Source of the DNA: an uncultured Actinomycetes bacterium
Lineage (GTDB): Bacteria; Actinomycetota; UBA4738; HRBIN12
DNA length: 64,000 bases
Direction: 5' to 3'
Assembly: GCA_963799625.1 (NCBI GenBank)
Contig: CAWCXU010000001.1
Span: 143,920-207,919 of the forward strand
Of this stretch, positions 1-9,292 are shown piece after piece. Each line of letters opens with the position of its first letter. Positions within the stretch are counted from its first letter, which is position 1. Made by a program: the position numbers and the translations under genes. The notes under the pieces were generated by a model, which was not told where the DNA came from, ran no database searches, and saw nothing but the letters and a program-made list of their open reading frames with translations.

Positions 1-26
1 GTGCGCATCCCGATGACGGAGACGTA

Positions 27-1193
27 GTGCTCGTCGAGCACATCGGCGAGCTCGTCACGAACGATCCCTCCTGGGGCGGGATGCTCGGCATCGTGCGCGA
101 TGCGGCGGTCGCGATCGAGGGCGGCCATGTGGCCTGGGTCGGCGAGCAGCGGGACGTACCCGAGGGCGTCGAGGGTCCGCGGATCGACGCCGGCGGGGCA
201 GCCGCGTTGCCGGGGTTCGTCGACAGCCATACGCACCTCGTGTTCGCCGGCGACCGAACCGCCGAGTTCGACGCCCGGATGCGAGGGGAGCCCTACGCCG
301 CCGGCGGGATCCAGACGACGGTCGCTGCGACCCGGGATGCGACCGACGAGGAGCTTCGGGCGAACGCTCGCCGCTTCCGCGGGGAGGCCCTACGCACCGG
401 CACGACCCACGTCGAGGTCAAGTCTGGCTACGGGCTCGACGTCGACAACGAGGCGCGATTGCTCACCCTCGCCGCGGAGCTCACCGACGACGTGACGTTC
501 CTCGGCGGTCACGTCGTAGCCTCCGAGTTCGCCGGGCGGGCGGACGAGTACGTCGATCTGGTGCGCGGCCCGATGCTCGATGCCTGCGCGCCGCTCGCTC
601 GATGGGCCGACGTCTTCTGCGACCGCGGCGCCTTCGACGAGGACCAGTCGCGCGCGATCCTCATCGCGGCGAAGGATCGCGGCCTCGGGCTGCGGATCCA
701 CGCCAACCAGCTCGAACCCGGCCCCGGTGCGCGATTGGCCGCCGAGCTCGGGGCGGCGAGCGCGGACCATCTGACGCATCTCGCCGACGGCGACGCCGAG
801 GCGCTCGCCGACGCGGACGTGGTCGCCACGCTCGTCCCCGTTGCCGACCTGTCGACGCGATCGCCGTGGCCGGATGCCCGGGCATTGCTCGATGCCGGGG
901 TCACGGTCGCGCTCGCGACCGACTGCAACCCGGGCACCAGCTTCACGACCAACATGCCGATCGTGGTGGCGCTCGCCGTGACCGCGATGCGGATGACGGC
1001 GGCCGAGGCCGTCTGGTCGGCCACCGCCGGCGGGGCGCGAGCCCTGCGACGCGATGACGTGGGCACCCTGAAGCCGGGCGTCCGTGCCGACCTGATCGTG
1101 CTCGATGCGCCGAGCTACGTGCACTTGGCCTACCGCCCCGGGGTGCCGCTCGTGCGGACCGTGGTGCGGGCCGGCGAGCGCGTCGCGGGCTGA
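27..1193 (+). CDS. hutI: imidazolonepropionase (histidine utilisation)
   Basis: 388-aa ORF with HutI hallmark motifs [17 protein letters not shown] and a metal-binding amidohydrolase fold; GTG start at 27 overlaps the TAG (25-27) of a short in-frame 3' end of an upstream gene (1..27). Confidence 0.85.
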   Translation: MLVEHIGELVTNDPSWGGMLGIVRDAAVAIEGGHVAWVGEQRDVPEGVEGPRIDAGGAAALPGFVDSHTHLVFAGDRTAEFDARMRGEPYAAGGIQTTVAATRDATDEELRANARRFRGEALRTGTTHVEVKSGYGLDVDNEARLLTLAAELTDDVTFLGGHVVASEFAGRADEYVDLVRGPMLDACAPLARWADVFCDRGAFDEDQSRAILIAAKDRGLGLRIHANQLEPGPGARLAAELGAASADHLTHLADGDAEALADADVVATLVPVADLSTRSPWPDARALLDAGVTVALATDCNPGTSFTTNMPIVVALAVTAMRMTAAEAVWSATAGGARALRRDDVGTLKPGVRADLIVLDAPSYVHLAYRPGVPLVRTVVRAGERVAG

Positions 1194-1232
1194 GCCCCGG
1201 TATCCTTCGCCGAACCAACCCAGGGGGATGCC

Positions 1233-1973
1233 GTGTCGACCCAGATGCTCAACGACAAGACGTTCGAGGCGTCGAACGTCGCGAAGGTCAAGACGAGCCC
1301 CGCGTCGATGACCTACGGCGGCGTCGTCGCCAAGACGCTGGTGTTGCTCGTGCTGACGCTGATCGCCGCGTCGTTCGGCTGGCAGAACGCGCTGAAGTGG
1401 TTCTCACCGAGCTCGGGGCTCCTGTTCTTCGCCGGGTACATCGTCTTGATGATGCTCACGTTCGCCGCGGTGGCGAACCCCGGCGCGGCGGCCGGGGCGG
1501 GCGTCGTGTACGCGTTGCTGATGGGCGGCTGGATGGGCGCGATCAGCCGCGTCTACGAGAGCTACTACGAGGGGATCGTGGGCCAAGCGGTGTTCACGTC
1601 GCTGTGTGTCTTCCTCGCGTGTCTCCTGCTGTACGGGACACGGGTCGTGAAGGTGACGAACAAGTTCGCCGCGATGGTGATCGGCGCGACGGTCGGGCTC
1701 GTCTTCCTGTACTTCGCGGCGTGGATCTTCACGTTGTTCGGCGTCGACTTCGAGTTGTGGACCTCGCCGACGCCTCTCGGGATCGGGCTCGCGATCGGGA
1801 TCGCGCTGGTCGCGGCCCTCACGCTGTTCCTGGATTTCGCGGTGATCGAGCGCGGGGTGCAGGCCGGCGCGCCCAAAGGGTTCGAGTGGTACTGCGCCTA
1901 CGGGCTCCAGTCCACGCTCGTCTGGCTCTACGTCGAGATCCTCCGCGTGATCGCGCTGTTGCGGGGCAGCTGA
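1233..1973 (+). CDS. seven-TM membrane protein, Bax-inhibitor-1/YccA-like
   Basis: 246 aa with a hydrophilic N-terminus followed by ~7 hydrophobic segments; RBS AGGGGGA 5 nt upstream of the GTG. Confidence 0.5.
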   Translation: MSTQMLNDKTFEASNVAKVKTSPASMTYGGVVAKTLVLLVLTLIAASFGWQNALKWFSPSSGLLFFAGYIVLMMLTFAAVANPGAAAGAGVVYALLMGGWMGAISRVYESYYEGIVGQAVFTSLCVFLACLLLYGTRVVKVTNKFAAMVIGATVGLVFLYFAAWIFTLFGVDFELWTSPTPLGIGLAIGIALVAALTLFLDFAVIERGVQAGAPKGFEWYCAYGLQSTLVWLYVEILRVIALLRGS

Positions 1974-2018
1974 TCTCGGCTGCTTCAACCGGCCTCGCCG
2001 AACGGTCGATAGACGTGC

Positions 2019-3161
2019 ATGTCCGTTCGGAGGGCTCGCAGCCGCGCGCTCGCACTCGTCCTGGCCGCTTCCGCGGTGGTCGCCGGCGTCGCGTCGTCGC
2101 ATGCGAGCACGGCCGACCGGCTCGACCACGCGCGGGCGCGGCTGCGGTCCCTGAGCACGGAGATCGCCACGCAGAGCCGCGCGGTCGAGGATGCGCGGGC
2201 GGCCGCGATCGCAGCCGACGCTCGCGCCGTCGAAGCCGACCAGGCCCTCGTCCCCCTGACCGTCCAGAGGATCTTGGTCGCGCAGCGTGTCGCGGACGTG
2301 CAGGCGCAGCTCGCCGCCGCCCAGCAGCGGTTCCATGATGCAGTGGTCCAGGCGTTCGTTGCGGCGCCGGGGACCCAGCCGGGCGCCGCGACGTTCGCGG
2401 CGGTGCTCGACGCGAACTCCTTCCAGGACCTCCAGGATCAGCTCGTGTTCGGTGAGGCCGCCGCGAACGTGCGATCGAAGGCGATCGACGAGGTCAGCGC
2501 GCTCGATCGCCGGCTGTCGTCGCGCGGCGCCACCCTCGACGCGCTGATCTCGGCGGCGGAGGACGTCCGTACGAGGCGCGACGCCGCGCTCGCGGAACAA
2601 CAGGCCGCCCTCGTTCGCGAGCAGCAGGCGATGGGCGCGCTGAACGAGGCGCGGTCCGAGATCGTTTCACTGATCGACCGCCTGCGCGCCAAGCTGGCGC
2701 CGCGAGACGTCCAACAGGTCGCGGAGGCGTTCCAGGGCGACCAGAACATCTCGTACGGGTCATGGGCCGAGGCGTTCCTCAAGGTGATGGGTGCGCCGCG
2801 GTGTCACGCGAACCTCGTCGTGACGATCGCCTGGCAGGCGCAGGAGGGAACGCAGGCCGCGTGGAACCCGCTCGCGACGACGCATCGCATGGATGGCTCG
2901 ACCGACTTCAACTCGGTGGGTGTGCAGAACTACCGCACGCTCGCGCAGGGTCTCGAGGCGACGAAGGAGACGATCGAGGGCGGCTGGCAGACCTACGGCT
3001 ATGGCGCGGTCATCCGCTCGATGCGGGACTGCGCCGACCCGCTCGACACCGCCCGCGCGATCGCCGCGTCGTCGTGGTGCTCCGGGTGCGCCGGCGGCGC
3101 GTACGTGGTCGGCATCGTGCCCGCCGTCGAGGCCTCGTTCGAGACCTATTACGACCTGTAA
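2019..3161 (+). CDS. secreted coiled-coil protein with 4-Cys C-terminal domain (hypothetical)
   Basis: signal peptide (MSVRRARSRALALVLAASAVVAGVASSHA); Ala/Gln-rich heptad region; C-terminal ~130 aa with 4 Cys (RCHANL, RDCADP, WCSGCAGG). Confidence 0.6.
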   Translation: MSVRRARSRALALVLAASAVVAGVASSHASTADRLDHARARLRSLSTEIATQSRAVEDARAAAIAADARAVEADQALVPLTVQRILVAQRVADVQAQLAAAQQRFHDAVVQAFVAAPGTQPGAATFAAVLDANSFQDLQDQLVFGEAAANVRSKAIDEVSALDRRLSSRGATLDALISAAEDVRTRRDAALAEQQAALVREQQAMGALNEARSEIVSLIDRLRAKLAPRDVQQVAEAFQGDQNISYGSWAEAFLKVMGAPRCHANLVVTIAWQAQEGTQAAWNPLATTHRMDGSTDFNSVGVQNYRTLAQGLEATKETIEGGWQTYGYGAVIRSMRDCADPLDTARAIAASSWCSGCAGGAYVVGIVPAVEASFETYYDL

Positions 3162-3178
3162 CCATCGGAGGGCACTCG

Positions 3179-3877
3179 ATGCAGACCGACCAGGATCGCC
3201 GGTGCGCCTCCTGCGGCGCCGACAGCAAGCAGGGCGCGGCCTTCTGCTGGCGTTGCTACACGCCCTTCGCGCCCGCAGCCCCCACACGCAGCACGCCGCT
3301 CATGCCCGCCGCGCCTGCCCGGAGCGCCCCGATCACCACGCCGGCGCGCGCGACCCCCAGCCGCAACCGAACCGTGCGCATCGTCGTCGGGGTCGTCGTG
3401 GCGCTCGCGGTCGGCGCGTTCGTACGTCACATGCTGACGCCGACGTATGACGTCCCCGACTCGCTCGCCGGTGAGGTGCGGCTGCACGACGCGATCAGCG
3501 CCAAGTTCGAGCAGACGATGTCCCAGACCGGTCAGGAGCACGACATCCCGCTCGAGGCCGCGGTCTACGGCACGGAGGACCAGCCCGACGTGTTCTTCGT
3601 GCTCGCGAACGGACGAGCCGAGGAGAACGCCGACGAGCTGTTCGCGGAGTTCCTGAGCGGCGCGGAGTCGGCCGGGATCACCGTCGACCGCGGATCGACC
3701 GTCACGGGCACGCACGCCGACGCGGAGTACCGGTGCGTGCCGATGTCGGCGCAGGGCATCGAGGCCTCGGCCTGTGTGTGGCGCGAGGACCGCTCGGTGG
3801 GCATGACGCTCGACGCGTCACCGGACGGAGATCTCACCTCGGCGCTGTTCGCCGCGTACGACGAGACCCACGCTTAG
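3179..3877 (+). CDS. zinc-ribbon membrane protein (hypothetical)
   Basis: N-terminal CxxC...CxxC (CASCGADSKQGAAFCWRC), one TM segment, ~150-aa extracytoplasmic domain; RBS GGAGGG 7 nt upstream of ATG 3179. Confidence 0.6.
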   Translation: MQTDQDRRCASCGADSKQGAAFCWRCYTPFAPAAPTRSTPLMPAAPARSAPITTPARATPSRNRTVRIVVGVVVALAVGAFVRHMLTPTYDVPDSLAGEVRLHDAISAKFEQTMSQTGQEHDIPLEAAVYGTEDQPDVFFVLANGRAEENADELFAEFLSGAESAGITVDRGSTVTGTHADAEYRCVPMSAQGIEASACVWREDRSVGMTLDASPDGDLTSALFAAYDETHA

Positions 3878-4425
3878 CCGGCGAGCTCGGCGCGCATCGC
3901 CATCATCCGCCGGTACAGCGGATCTTGCGTGAGGGTCGCCGTGGGCATGTCCGCCCTGCCGACGAACCCGACCTCCTCGAGGAACGGCGCCTGGCGCAGG
4001 GCGCCTTCGAGCACCCGGGCGAGCGCCTGCGCCTCGCCGCGCACCTGTTGGTCGTCGTCGGCCGCGAGTTCGTCGAGCCGACGCTGCACGCGCTCGACGG
4101 TCTGCTTCACGACCCGGTTCTCGTAGATGTCGGCGGTGAGCGACCGGCGCTCGTCCAACGTGTAGACCGGGCGGCCCTGTTCGTCGAGGTTGCCGGGCTT
4201 GCGCATCGAGCGGATCAGCTCGCGCGGCTCGGGGTGGCGGACGAGCTCTTCCTTGGACCAGTGCGGCTCTACGGTGAGCTCGCGCCGGTGGCCGGTTTGC
4301 AACAGCGGGAGGACGGTCGACAGCCCCGCCGCGGTCGCGCCGCCGTAGACCATCCGTCGGAGCATCGCGAGCTCCCCGCGGACGACCCGCCCGCCGGGTC
4401 GCTCAGAAGAAGGTGACGAATCCAT
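3874..4425 (-). CDS. hypothetical protein in McrC position (183 aa), overlaps 3' end of McrB-like gene
   Basis: ORF overlapping the upstream AAA+ gene by 23 nt (operon coupling); no PD-(D/E)xK motif recognisable by eye; about half the length of E. coli McrC. Confidence 0.5.
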   Translation of the reverse strand: MDSSPSSERPGGRVVRGELAMLRRMVYGGATAAGLSTVLPLLQTGHRRELTVEPHWSKEELVRHPEPRELIRSMRKPGNLDEQGRPVYTLDERRSLTADIYENRVVKQTVERVQRRLDELAADDDQQVRGEAQALARVLEGALRQAPFLEEVGFVGRADMPTATLTQDPLYRRMMAMRAELAG

Positions 4426-5378
4426 GCGTGTTCAGTTCCGCACGCATCGACCGCGCCTTGGCGTTGGACAGCGGGTAGCGCTCGTCGGTGAGCGCGATGA
4501 ACGCGTCGATCGCGGGGGCGGCGTCGCTGTCGCCGCGCAGGCGGGGGAGCACCTTCTGCACGAGCTGCTCGTCGAGCGCGAGGGTCGCGTCGGTGCCGAT
4601 CTCGGTGGCGGCGATGACGTAGGCGTTGATCTCATCGAGCACGCGGAACCCGAACGGCGCGACCTCCACCATGGTGTCCCACACCTGCAGGATGAAGTCC
4701 TTCCAGGGGAACTCCGCCATGTGCGCGGCGACCTGCTCCCGAGGCAGTGGCAGCTCCAGGATCTGCGCTCGGTCGTACACCTTGTCGGCGAACCCGTGCG
4801 TGGTCTCGTCGATGTTGACCGTGCCCGAGAACTTCAGGTTCGGCGTCAGCTCGACCGTGTGACCCGGCGCGAGGTCCAGGCGCGCGATGCCCTCGCGGGT
4901 GCGCACCTCCATCGCCGACAGGAACCGGCTGAAGTAGTGCTCGACCCGGGCCAGGTTCATCTCGTCCAAGATCACGTGGAACTCGCGCGCCATGCGGCCC
5001 GCCTGGTTGCTCGCGTTCCACTCGCGGGCCGAGTCGGCGACGAACTCGCTGAACGGTGTGTGGTGGTAGAAGCCGTCGAGCGGGGAGAGGTAGCCGAGCA
5101 GGTCTTCGTTGGACGACCAGCTCGGGGTCGACCGCGACGAGCTTCTGGCGGGCGCCGATCACGTTCGCGTAGGCCTGGGCGAGCCAGGTCTTGCCGGTAC
5201 CGCTGGGTCCGCAGAGGATCACGAACCCCCTCGTGTAGGTCGCCAGGTGGTACCGGCGGATCACGTCGTCGGAGATCCGGAAGGTCGGATTGTCGAGGTG
5301 GAACCGTTCGACCAGTTCCTCGAAGGCAGCACCGGCTTCCGGGTGCAGCATCCCGACGTTATGGCTGGTCATGGCCAT
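4403..5378 (-). pseudogene. McrB-like AAA+ (AAA_5) GTPase, interrupted by a 1-nt frameshift
   Basis: N-terminal frame has Walker A LCGPSGTGKT. After a +1 shift at the G4/C4 run 5124-5127 the frame continues PSWSSNEDLLGY (McrB FHQSYSYEDF-like) and VILDEMNLARVEHYFSRFLSAME (McrB IIDEINRAN...LE-like Walker B). No N-terminal DNA-binding domain. Confidence 0.65.
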
Positions 5379-5493
5379 GCTAGGTGGCGTCTCCGGAGCC
5401 CAGACCTGTCCGCAGCATCCCGCGAGGGTACCCGGCTCGGCCGATGGCCGCCATCCGTCGTTCGGGGCTCGGCCACCGGCCCAAGGACCGAGG

Positions 5494-6378
5494 TCACTCG
5501 GCGTGGGCGCTCTCGAGCGCCGCGAAAAGTCGCTGCACCGGGCCCTTCAGGCCGAGCTCGGCGGCGTCCTCGATCAGGCTCGGATCGCGCTCGCCGGCCC
5601 ACAGGCTGAGGGGCGCCTCGCCGTTGACCGGGACGAGCCGCCGCATGTCGTCGAGGTAGCCCTTCGACTCCACGAGCTTCGTGCGGACCCCCGGCTTGAT
5701 CACGAGGGCCCCGGCCTCGGCGGCCTCGAGCATCGCGTCGATCGACGGGAACTCCTGGACGAGGGCGCGCGCGGTCTTCTCACCGACGCCCTTCACACCG
5801 GGCAGGCCGTCCGACGGGTCGCCGCGCAGGATCGCGAATTCCGCGTACCTGTCGGCGGGGACGCCGTACTTGGAGAGCACACCGGCCTCGTCGTAGACGC
5901 CGAGGTCCGAGACGCCGCGGAGCGTGAACAGGAGCTTCACCACGGGGTCGCGGACCAGCTGGATCAGATCGCGGTCGCCGCTCACGATCTCGATGCGGTC
6001 GTCTTCGGCGGCCTCGAGACAGAACGCGCCGATCGCGTCCTCGGCCTCCCAGTTCTCGGTCTGGGCCTGGAGCATGCCGGTGCGGTCGAGGAGCTCGCGG
6101 AGCAACGCGAACTGGATCGTCAGGTCCTCGGGCTCGGGCGGTCTGGCCGCCTTGTAGCCGGGATAGATCTCGACGCGGGCGGTCGGGCGCCAATCGTGGT
6201 CGTACACGTGCACGACCTCGTCGGGATGCCGGTCGACGACGAGCTTGGTCACCATGTCGAGGTAGCCGTGGAGCGCGCTGACCGAGCGCCCGTCCTTCGC
6301 GAACACCCCCGGCTCCCGCATCGCGAAGTACGACCGGTAGAACATGCTCGACACGTCCAGGAGCAGCCGGTGGCTCAC
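5494..6378 (-). CDS. 5'-3' exonuclease (FEN / Pol I N-terminal-like)
   Basis: PIN-like motifs LLLDVSSMFYRSYFA and GDRDLIQLV, plus a helix-3-turn-helix region (GVKGVGEKTA); GTG at 6378 preceded by AGGGGA. The longer ORF to 6555 is low-complexity and likely spurious. Confidence 0.8.
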   Translation of the reverse strand: MSHRLLLDVSSMFYRSYFAMREPGVFAKDGRSVSALHGYLDMVTKLVVDRHPDEVVHVYDHDWRPTARVEIYPGYKAARPPEPEDLTIQFALLRELLDRTGMLQAQTENWEAEDAIGAFCLEAAEDDRIEIVSGDRDLIQLVRDPVVKLLFTLRGVSDLGVYDEAGVLSKYGVPADRYAEFAILRGDPSDGLPGVKGVGEKTARALVQEFPSIDAMLEAAEAGALVIKPGVRTKLVESKGYLDDMRRLVPVNGEAPLSLWAGERDPSLIEDAAELGLKGPVQRLFAALESAHAE

Positions 6379-6418
6379 GTCCCCTAGCGTAGTGATCCCG
6401 GTGGACGTCTCGCCGGCG

Positions 6419-6919
6419 CTACATACGTGTCGGGGAAGTCGCCACGATGTGCTTGCCGCCGGCTTTCGCGGAACGGGTCCCTTCGGCGATGAGGCCGGTC
6501 GCGACGAGCGCCATCGGGAGAGCGGCGAACGTGATCCCGGCGATGCGCGTCGCACCCGGGCCGGTGCTGACGACCACGCTGTACCAGAGGAACCACAGCG
6601 CCGGGAGGAGGTTGCACGCCGCCGCCACGAAGCAGATCGTCGCCGGCAGCCAGCCGTCTTTGATCGGGTGCGCCAGGACGATCACCGCCGCGCCGAGCAG
6701 GACCACGAACAGCACAAACGGCCCGATGTTCCCGAGCCGTCGCATGAGATCGGCGAGTCGTTGGGCCATCGAACCGTCGGTGCCCGCCGCGAAGGTGGTT
6801 GCGCTGAACGTGCCGAGCCATGCGATCGGGGAGATGAACGCTTCGACGATCAGCGCGACGCCGAGCGCGTTGCGCCAGCTCGGTCGTTGCGCGACTGCGC
6901 CTTCGCTCGCCGGCATCAT
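6419..6919 (-). CDS. membrane protein (hypothetical)
   Basis: 4-5 TM segments; MMPASEG start; 4-nt overlap with the upstream OsmC gene. Confidence 0.5.
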   Translation of the reverse strand: MMPASEGAVAQRPSWRNALGVALIVEAFISPIAWLGTFSATTFAAGTDGSMAQRLADLMRRLGNIGPFVLFVVLLGAAVIVLAHPIKDGWLPATICFVAAACNLLPALWFLWYSVVVSTGPGATRIAGITFAALPMALVATGLIAEGTRSAKAGGKHIVATSPTRM

Positions 6920-7305
6920 GCGATCACGTGGTCGACCGGCGTTCCCGACGCGAGCGTGCGAGACACGGTGCACACATCGTTCGCGACCCTCGAGCGCGAC
7001 CGCTCGACCTTGCGCTCGTCGGCTCCTTCATGGACGTGGTACGTGACGCGGAGCCACTCCATCCGGTAGTCCTCCTTGTCGCCCTCGACCTCCAAGCGAA
7101 GCGGTTCGACGGGGTCGCGTTGCTTGCGCATCAGGATCGCGAAGTCGACGGCGCTGCACGAGCCGAGTGAGGCGAGCAGGAGCTCCAGCGGCGACAGGCC
7201 ACGCAGGCCTTCGATGTCGACGAGCAGCTGCGTACCGTGTTTGTTCGTGACGGTCACGGTGTCGTCCGGGTTGACGGTCATCTCGAGGTGTCGGTTGCCT
7301 TCCAT
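6916..7305 (-). CDS. OsmC/Ohr family peroxiredoxin-like protein
   Basis: 129 aa with OsmC signature GLSPLELLLASLGSCSAV. Confidence 0.85.
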   Translation of the reverse strand: MEGNRHLEMTVNPDDTVTVTNKHGTQLLVDIEGLRGLSPLELLLASLGSCSAVDFAILMRKQRDPVEPLRLEVEGDKEDYRMEWLRVTYHVHEGADERKVERSRSRVANDVCTVSRTLASGTPVDHVIA

Positions 7306-7346
7306 GTGCCTCAGCGTAGCCGCGAGGGCTGGTATAGGGTTCGGCG

Positions 7347-8567
7347 ATGCCGCCGGAGACCGCCGCCGAGCTGGGGTTGATGACCGGTGTGCCGCCGTTC
7401 CCCGTCGACAAGCTGGTCGACCTCGGGAACTGGCAGGATCCGCCGTTCAGCCGTTGGGGTTTCCAGCACGTCCGCGAGCTGATCCCGACGGCGAACATCT
7501 CGCGCGGGGTCGGCAGGCCGTGGATCCTGCCGCGCGCCGAGCGTGATCTCGATGGGCTCCCGCTGCAGGTCGGGCGTCGCGCGTACGACCTGCCGACGTT
7601 CCTCGACGAGACCTACACCGACGGGATCCTCGTGCTGCATCGCGGGAAGGTAGTGATGGAGCGGTACCTGAACGGGATGCGACCTGAGACGACGCACCTG
7701 TTGATGTCGGTATCGAAGTCGGTGACGTCGGCAGCGTGCGGGTCGCTCGTCGCCGACGGCGTGCTCTCGCCCGCCGACCTGGTGACCCGCCACATCCCCG
7801 AGCTCGTCGGCACGTCGTGGGACGGCTGCACCGTACGGCACCTACTCGACATGCGCGCCGGCACGAAGTTCAACGAGGACTACGAGGACCTCACTGCCGA
7901 GGTACGGGTGTACGAGCAGATCTACCTGTGGCGCCCACGCGTCGACCTCACGCTTCCCCAGGACATGACGGGGTACTTCCCGCTGCTCGTGAACCAGGGC
8001 CCGCATGGCGGCGACTTCGACTACCGCTCGATCCTCACCGACATGCTCGCGTGGGTGATGGAGCGCGCGAGCGGGATGCGCCTGGCCGAGCTGATCTCGC
8101 GCTTCCTCTGGCAACCGATGGGCGCCGAGTTCGATGCCGAGATCACCGTCGATGCGCACGGCAACGCGATGGCCGACGGTGGCGTGTGCGCGACGCTGCG
8201 CGATCTAGCGCGGTTCGGACAGGTGCTCGCGAACAAGGGTCGCCGGGGAAGGACGAACGTGATCCCGCGCACGTGGATCAAGGACACGCTGACGCCCGAG
8301 CGCGACAGCCGCAGAGCGTTCGAGGCGTCGGAGGACATGAAGGGCCTTCCCGACACCGCGTACTACCGGAACCAGTTCTGGGTGCTCGATCCGAGGGCGC
8401 CGATCTTCCAATGCAGCGGCATCAACGGCCAGACCGTGTTCGTGCACGGGCCGGCCAAGGTCGTGATCGCCAAGTTCTCGACGTGGCCGGAGGCGTTCAC
8501 CGGCCCCTACCCCGGCATGACGCAGCTCGGGCTGACGTCGCTCGCGGAACAGGTCGCCGCCGGCTAA
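7347..8567 (+). CDS. serine hydrolase, beta-lactamase/transpeptidase superfamily
   Basis: SxxK motif (SVSKSV) and class-C-like fold features over 406 aa. Confidence 0.8.
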   Translation: MPPETAAELGLMTGVPPFPVDKLVDLGNWQDPPFSRWGFQHVRELIPTANISRGVGRPWILPRAERDLDGLPLQVGRRAYDLPTFLDETYTDGILVLHRGKVVMERYLNGMRPETTHLLMSVSKSVTSAACGSLVADGVLSPADLVTRHIPELVGTSWDGCTVRHLLDMRAGTKFNEDYEDLTAEVRVYEQIYLWRPRVDLTLPQDMTGYFPLLVNQGPHGGDFDYRSILTDMLAWVMERASGMRLAELISRFLWQPMGAEFDAEITVDAHGNAMADGGVCATLRDLARFGQVLANKGRRGRTNVIPRTWIKDTLTPERDSRRAFEASEDMKGLPDTAYYRNQFWVLDPRAPIFQCSGINGQTVFVHGPAKVVIAKFSTWPEAFTGPYPGMTQLGLTSLAEQVAAG

Positions 8568-9292
8568 CCGAACAGCGCGTCGCCGAGCGCGAGCGCCCCC
8601 GAGCACACCAGCAGGATCAGTACCGCGTTGCGGAACGGCCCGGCGTGCACGCGCGGCGCGACCCGGTCGCCGAGCAAGGCGCCGATCACCGCGGCCGGAG
8701 CGCCGATCAGGAACGCGGTGCCGACGTCGTGCACGATCAGCCCGCGCGACCAGAACAGCGCGAGCGCGATCGATCCCTGACCGACGAAGCAGGCCTGCAG
8801 GGTGGCACGGAACGGCTTCGGCTCGAGCCCGACGGCCTGGAACGCGATCACCATCGGCGGCCCGTTCGTGCCGACGCTCGTCGACAGGGTGCCCGACACG
8901 AACCCGGCGGTGAGTTCGGTCGCGCGGCCCTCGGGGACCTTCAAGCCGCGCCAGAGCCAAGCGGTCATGATCAGGATCGTCACGCCGATCGTCGCGGTGA
9001 GGACCTTGTCGTCGGCGTGCGTCAGCACCAGCAACCCGATCGGCATCCCGATCCAGGCCGCGATCGAGGTTGTGACGGCCTCGCGCCACAGGATGTCGCG
9101 CCGCCACCGGATCGCGTTCCAGATCACGAGCGGGACCCCGACCGAGCTCATCGCGACGACCGCGACCTTCGGGCCGAGGAGCAACGCCAGCCCGGGAACC
9201 GCGATCAGCGCGAACCCGAACCCCGTGATCGACTGGGTACCTGCCGCGAACGCGATGATCAGCGCGATCGCGACGAGCACCGGAAGCGTCAC
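8564..9292 (-). CDS. TauE/SafE (DUF81) sulfite-exporter-family membrane protein
   Basis: Gly-rich TM repeats (GTQSITGFGFALIAVPG ... GTNGPPM); GTG start overlaps upstream stop (GTGA). Confidence 0.8.
   Translation of the reverse strand: MTLPVLVAIALIIAFAAGTQSITGFGFALIAVPGLALLLGPKVAVVAMSSVGVPLVIWNAIRWRRDILWREAVTTSIAAWIGMPIGLLVLTHADDKVLTATIGVTILIMTAWLWRGLKVPEGRATELTAGFVSGTLSTSVGTNGPPMVIAFQAVGLEPKPFRATLQACFVGQGSIALALFWSRGLIVHDVGTAFLIGAPAAVIGALLGDRVAPRVHAGPFRNAVLILLVCSGALALGDALFG

Noticed and set aside
1397-2600. 313-aa (+) and 398-aa (-) ORFs overlapping the BI-1-like and secreted-protein genes
   Set aside because: Composition-driven frames; the chosen frames carry signal peptide, TM and coiled-coil features
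3874-4425. Calling the 183-aa partner a McrC nuclease
   Set aside because: About half McrC length and no PD-(D/E)xK/DAK-type motif visible; only the genomic position supports the assignment
6384-7069. ORFs 6344..7069 (+) and 6384..6821 (-) in the 6.4-7.0 kb region
   Set aside because: Overlap the better-supported membrane-protein and OsmC genes on the minus strand; composition-driven
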